Part shown: positions 60,522 to 64,000 of the stretch, in pieces
Layout: each line of letters starts with the position of its first letter
How positions within the stretch are numbered: position 1 is the first letter of the stretch
Assembly: GCA_038867615.1 (NCBI GenBank)
Contig: JAWBYA010000002.1
Location: 64,001 to 128,000 of the forward strand
Direction: 5' to 3'
Length of the DNA: 64,000 nt
Source of the DNA: Sulfolobales archaeon
GTDB lineage: Archaea; Thermoproteota; Thermoprotei_A; Sulfolobales; AG1
Notes under the pieces: generated by a model
Told to the model about the DNA's origin: nothing
Database searches by the model: none
Seen by the model: only the letters and a program-made list of their open reading frames with translations
Translations under genes and position numbers: made by a program

Positions 60522-61649
60522 GTGTCCAGCATGGGGGGAAGGGTCTGGCTAGTCACGGCATCTATATACGTGCTTGACAATCTATGGGGTTTTAGGGTTA
60601 AAGGCGATCTAGAAGATATAGAGAGGATCATAGTAGTCGATGAGGGGGATGAGAGGGTTAGGCAAGAATCGCTCAAAATGTTAAAAGGTCTCGACATAGA
60701 GTTCCACGGACCGAGGGAGAGGGAGGCTTTCTTCAGATCTAGATATGGCTCTTCTTATGAGAAATACTTATCCCTCATACCCGAGAGATCCCATGCAGAG
60801 ACAAGCTACGGCTTTCTCCTAGCATATGAGGCTGGCGCTGACTATATAATAGAGATCGATGACGATGTATATCCTGAGCACAGTTACGATCTCGTCAAGG
60901 ATCATTTATCGTCTCTGACTAATAGCAACGGTGTTGGTATTGAGTCTCCTGGGAGGTGGATAAATACTGTCGACTTCCTCGAACTGAGGCCAAGTATGAG
61001 CCTATTCCCCAGGGGACATCCATATGATCCCTCGACAAGGGTTGGGAATTATAATCGCAGCGTTCAGGATGCTGAGTGTGTGTTGAATATGGGGCTTTGG
61101 ACGGGGCATCCGGATCTAGATGCTCTCACAATACTCTATCTAGGTGGTATGGATGGGAGGGCTCCTGTGGAGTCTACCGGTATTAAGGAGGAGAGGGTTA
61201 TACCTCTTCCGGGGAACTACTTTGCTGTATGTTCGATGAATACTTCTTTCTCGAGAAAAATAGTACCGGCGTTCTACCAGCTATATATGAGGTATATGGG
61301 TATTGATAGGTTTGACGACATATGGTCAGGGATCATTATCAAGAAGATCGCAGATAGTATCGGTGATAAAATATGCTTTGGAAAACCAGCGGCAAAGCAT
61401 ATGAAGAGACCGAGATCCGTGTGGAAAGATCTGAGGGCTGAGTTGGAGGGTATGATAATAAACGAGATTCTATGGAGAATCATAGATCGTGCCGATATAT
61501 CGAGTAAAAGCTATCAGGACGCATATTTAGAGATGGCAAACCATATCGAGAGAAGCCTGGGAGAGTTCAAGGAAGAGCTTCACAGAAAATTCATAGCAAC
61601 CCAGGTTGAGAAGATGAGAATATGGGTTGATGCTATCGATAAGCTCTAA
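60522..61649 (+). CDS. RGP/GT75 family protein (UDP-sugar pyranose-furanose mutase-like)
   Basis: SHAETSYGF, IEIDDD, PRGHPY, GLW.GHPDLDA, CSMN..F, RFDDIWSG...KKIAD. Confidence 0.85.
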   Translation: MSSMGGRVWLVTASIYVLDNLWGFRVKGDLEDIERIIVVDEGDERVRQESLKMLKGLDIEFHGPREREAFFRSRYGSSYEKYLSLIPERSHAETSYGFLLAYEAGADYIIEIDDDVYPEHSYDLVKDHLSSLTNSNGVGIESPGRWINTVDFLELRPSMSLFPRGHPYDPSTRVGNYNRSVQDAECVLNMGLWTGHPDLDALTILYLGGMDGRAPVESTGIKEERVIPLPGNYFAVCSMNTSFSRKIVPAFYQLYMRYMGIDRFDDIWSGIIIKKIADSIGDKICFGKPAAKHMKRPRSVWKDLRAELEGMIINEILWRIIDRADISSKSYQDAYLEMANHIERSLGEFKEELHRKFIATQVEKMRIWVDAIDKL

Positions 61650-61708
61650 TCCCTAATTATTATGTGAGATATAAAACGAATATGTAGCGATCAAAAATAG
61701 GTTTTGAT

Positions 61709-63079
61709 CTATATTCTCTTGATCCACCTAACAGCGTCGGAGCTTGTATCAACAACAGCCACTTTCTCCCAAGAGGGCTTGCCGTCTTTCACAACCACAG
61801 CCCACACGTCATAGTCACCGCCAGCTCTGTCTCCGTTATCATCAAGGATCGTCCATCCAGAGACACCGAAATAGCTTCTAGCTACCTGCAGCATAGAGTT
61901 CTTTATAGCCTCTCCATCATATTTACCAGCCTGTATTATGGCAAGCCCCAGTAGCCATACACAGTCATACGCTGTGGTAGGATATGTTCCTGGAAACTCG
62001 CGTGTCTTAGCCCTAAACTTATTCACAAACTCTGTGAACTTGGGGCTCTCGGTTGGGGCGAATATTGTTGCCAGGTGTTTAACCTTAACGAGCTGAGCCC
62101 CGGCTGCTTCCAAGATTTTCAGGTTCATTGCTGTTCCATCGCTTCCGAACCAGGTTACGCCCATAAGCTCTGGGTAACCCCCAGCTTGCGCTGTTATGGT
62201 TCCCGCCTCCTCGAAGCTTATTAGAAGTACACCAACAGCTTTATCGCCATATCTGCTTACAGCGCTCTTTACAGCTGATGCTGCCGCGGCAAGCTCTGCT
62301 GAGAAGTCGCCCTTCTTAGGATCGTATCCGACCTTGCCGAGAACGGTGCCTCCTATCTCCTTATACCTAGCCTCTGTAGCATCCGCAAGACCCTTACCCC
62401 AGGCATCGTTTCTGTAGAGGATATAGGTGTACTTTACACCATAGTCTATCAGTAGCCTTGCTATAGCCTTGCCCTGGAAGAAGTCGTTTGGAACGTTTCT
62501 AAATATATAGTCAGGCACAGCTAGATCAGGTGCGGTTGACGACTGGCTGCACACAACGATCTTGTTACCATCTGCATAGCTCTTCAGATTCCTAACCTCA
62601 GCACTGGTCATGGGCCCAACAACAGCCCTCACACCCCTAGCATAAAGACTCTGGAGCTTAGCGAGAGCCGTTGTTGGATCTGTAGCGCTATCCTCGATAA
62701 GGAGTCTAAATGTTACTGGGAGCCCTAATGCCTTTACATAGCTATTGAGATCTTCCACAGCTATCTCAACAGCAGCCTTATTCAATGCACCCTCGCTTGC
62801 AAGATCGCCGCTTAGCGGTATCAATACCCCTATAGGTATCTCTCCTGATAGTGCTGCTACTGGCTGTGTAACTGTTACCCTCACAGTAGCTGTAGTCGCT
62901 ATAGTTGCTGTCTGTGTAACTGTTTGTGTAACCGCACCTGCTGCCTGAGTTACTGTTACGGTGGATACCTTTGGCGGTGCTGCCGCACCACCGATCGCAT
63001 AGCCTGCGGCTATACCGATTATGAGAACCACTACTAACATAGCGACCTGTGTCGGGGATACCGCCCTCAAACTAAACAC
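61709..63079 (-). CDS. Branched-chain amino acid ABC substrate-binding protein
   Basis: N-terminal TM, Thr/Val linker, IGVLIPLSG, GPMTS, SSTAP, FR.VP.D..Q, YD.VW, G.SG...D.NGDR. Confidence 0.92.
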   Translation of the reverse strand: MFSLRAVSPTQVAMLVVVLIIGIAAGYAIGGAAAPPKVSTVTVTQAAGAVTQTVTQTATIATTATVRVTVTQPVAALSGEIPIGVLIPLSGDLASEGALNKAAVEIAVEDLNSYVKALGLPVTFRLLIEDSATDPTTALAKLQSLYARGVRAVVGPMTSAEVRNLKSYADGNKIVVCSQSSTAPDLAVPDYIFRNVPNDFFQGKAIARLLIDYGVKYTYILYRNDAWGKGLADATEARYKEIGGTVLGKVGYDPKKGDFSAELAAAASAVKSAVSRYGDKAVGVLLISFEEAGTITAQAGGYPELMGVTWFGSDGTAMNLKILEAAGAQLVKVKHLATIFAPTESPKFTEFVNKFRAKTREFPGTYPTTAYDCVWLLGLAIIQAGKYDGEAIKNSMLQVARSYFGVSGWTILDDNGDRAGGDYDVWAVVVKDGKPSWEKVAVVDTSSDAVRWIKRI

Positions 63080-63146
63080 CTACTTTACCATATATTATAT
63101 ATGGGGATATATAAGTATTGACAAAAATAGAAAGTAGGTTTAGATT

Positions 63147-64000
63147 ATGCCAAGCCCGGGCGATGCGTTAGCATGCCTACAGGGCTTTGTAAACATACCC
63201 TTACAACAGTTTATAGGATTCCTATTCTATATGAGCATATTGAGCTTAATGGGGCTTGGGCTTACTCTAATGTATCAGACTACAAAGGTACCTAATTTCG
63301 CGTACGGCTCCTACGTTGGTGTCGGTATGTATGTTGCCTTCCTTGGCCACGAGCGAATCCTAGGGATCATGCCCCCATACCCTCTAGCGCCCCTTGCATT
63401 CTTACTAGGAGGGATCGCTTCTCTCCTCACATACCTATTTGTTATCAAACCCCTAGCATCCCGTGGTGCTTCGATCGTTCAGCTCATGATAGCAACCATA
63501 GCCGTGGATCTCTTTGCCTCAACTCTTCTCTACATATTAACAGATTATTATTACTATGTCCACAAGATCTATACTGTCAAGGGCTTCCTATTCAGATCCA
63601 ACGACATAGTGCTCATACCAGGGATCCAGTTAACAGCAGCCCCAATCATAGCTGTCTCTCTCCTAGCAGTCCTGGTAGTAGCTCTATACATATTTATTAA
63701 TAAAACAAGGATCGGAATAGCTATGAGAGCATCTATAGAGAATCCACAGCTCGCAGAGATCCTTGGGATACCGACTGGCAGGATATATCTACTCTCATGG
63801 TTCCTTGCAGGAGCATTGGGAGGGCTTGCAGGTTCTCTTTACCCCATGTGGTTATATGTGGATCCCAGTGTCCCAGCAAGAATACTTATAACTATATTCG
63901 CTGTAAGCATTGTTGGGGGGCTCTCAAGCATTTATGGACCCTTCCTAGGAGCTCTTGTAGTAGCGTTTGCCGAAGCAATACTCCCATCACAGATCTATGG
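63147..64000 (+). CDS. Branched-chain amino acid ABC permease LivH-like (3' truncated)
   Basis: ATG 63147; GLTLMYQTTKVPNFAYG, TRIGIAMRA..ENP.LA...GI, IVGGL.S..G...GA. Confidence 0.9.
   Translation, partial: MPSPGDALACLQGFVNIPLQQFIGFLFYMSILSLMGLGLTLMYQTTKVPNFAYGSYVGVGMYVAFLGHERILGIMPPYPLAPLAFLLGGIASLLTYLFVIKPLASRGASIVQLMIATIAVDLFASTLLYILTDYYYYVHKIYTVKGFLFRSNDIVLIPGIQLTAAPIIAVSLLAVLVVALYIFINKTRIGIAMRASIENPQLAEILGIPTGRIYLLSWFLAGALGGLAGSLYPMWLYVDPSVPARILITIFAVSIVGGLSSIYGPFLGALVVAFAEAILPSQIY

Noticed and set aside
62860-62970. Repetitive ACAGTT/ACACAG-like tract
   Set aside because: Encodes an ordinary Thr/Val-rich SBP linker; not a DNA repeat or CRISPR
1-64000. CRISPR arrays, rRNA/tRNA genes, intact transposases or integrases
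   Set aside because: No regularly spaced repeats, cloverleafs or matching ORFs seen by eye; a tRNAscan/Infernal run would be needed to exclude small RNAs

Overview
64 kb of chromosomal DNA from a thermophilic archaeon, most likely Thermoproteota/Crenarchaeota. This is inferred from a PolB C-terminus, archaeal-type GlyRS, archease, a structural (beta-type) tRNA-splicing endonuclease subunit, a short Trm5, TATA-type promoters and GGTG/GGAGG RBSs. About 50 CDS are supported, dominated by transporters: five ABC systems plus MMPL, CDF, CaCA and ArsB/NhaD types. There is also an FrdAB/SdhAB operon and a MoxR operon. I found no rRNA, tRNA, CRISPR array or intact transposase. The most unusual items are: (1) a peptide-ABC locus with a circularly permuted family-5 binding protein, a DppC carrying a beta-propeller-like insert and an S66 LD-carboxypeptidase; (2) a dispersed family of related intergenic elements, most behind a TATA box, resembling decayed tnpB 3' ends (possible stand-alone omegaRNA-like loci); (3) an Frd/Sdh with non-canonical membrane anchors, followed by a hemerythrin gene lacking a canonical start codon; (4) a separately transcribed 20-aa Lys/Glu micropeptide; (5) a proteasome-fold protein lacking Thr1; (6) a GT75/RGP mutase homologue; (7) strong RGATCY over-representation. 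All family calls come from motif recognition by eye, not database searches.
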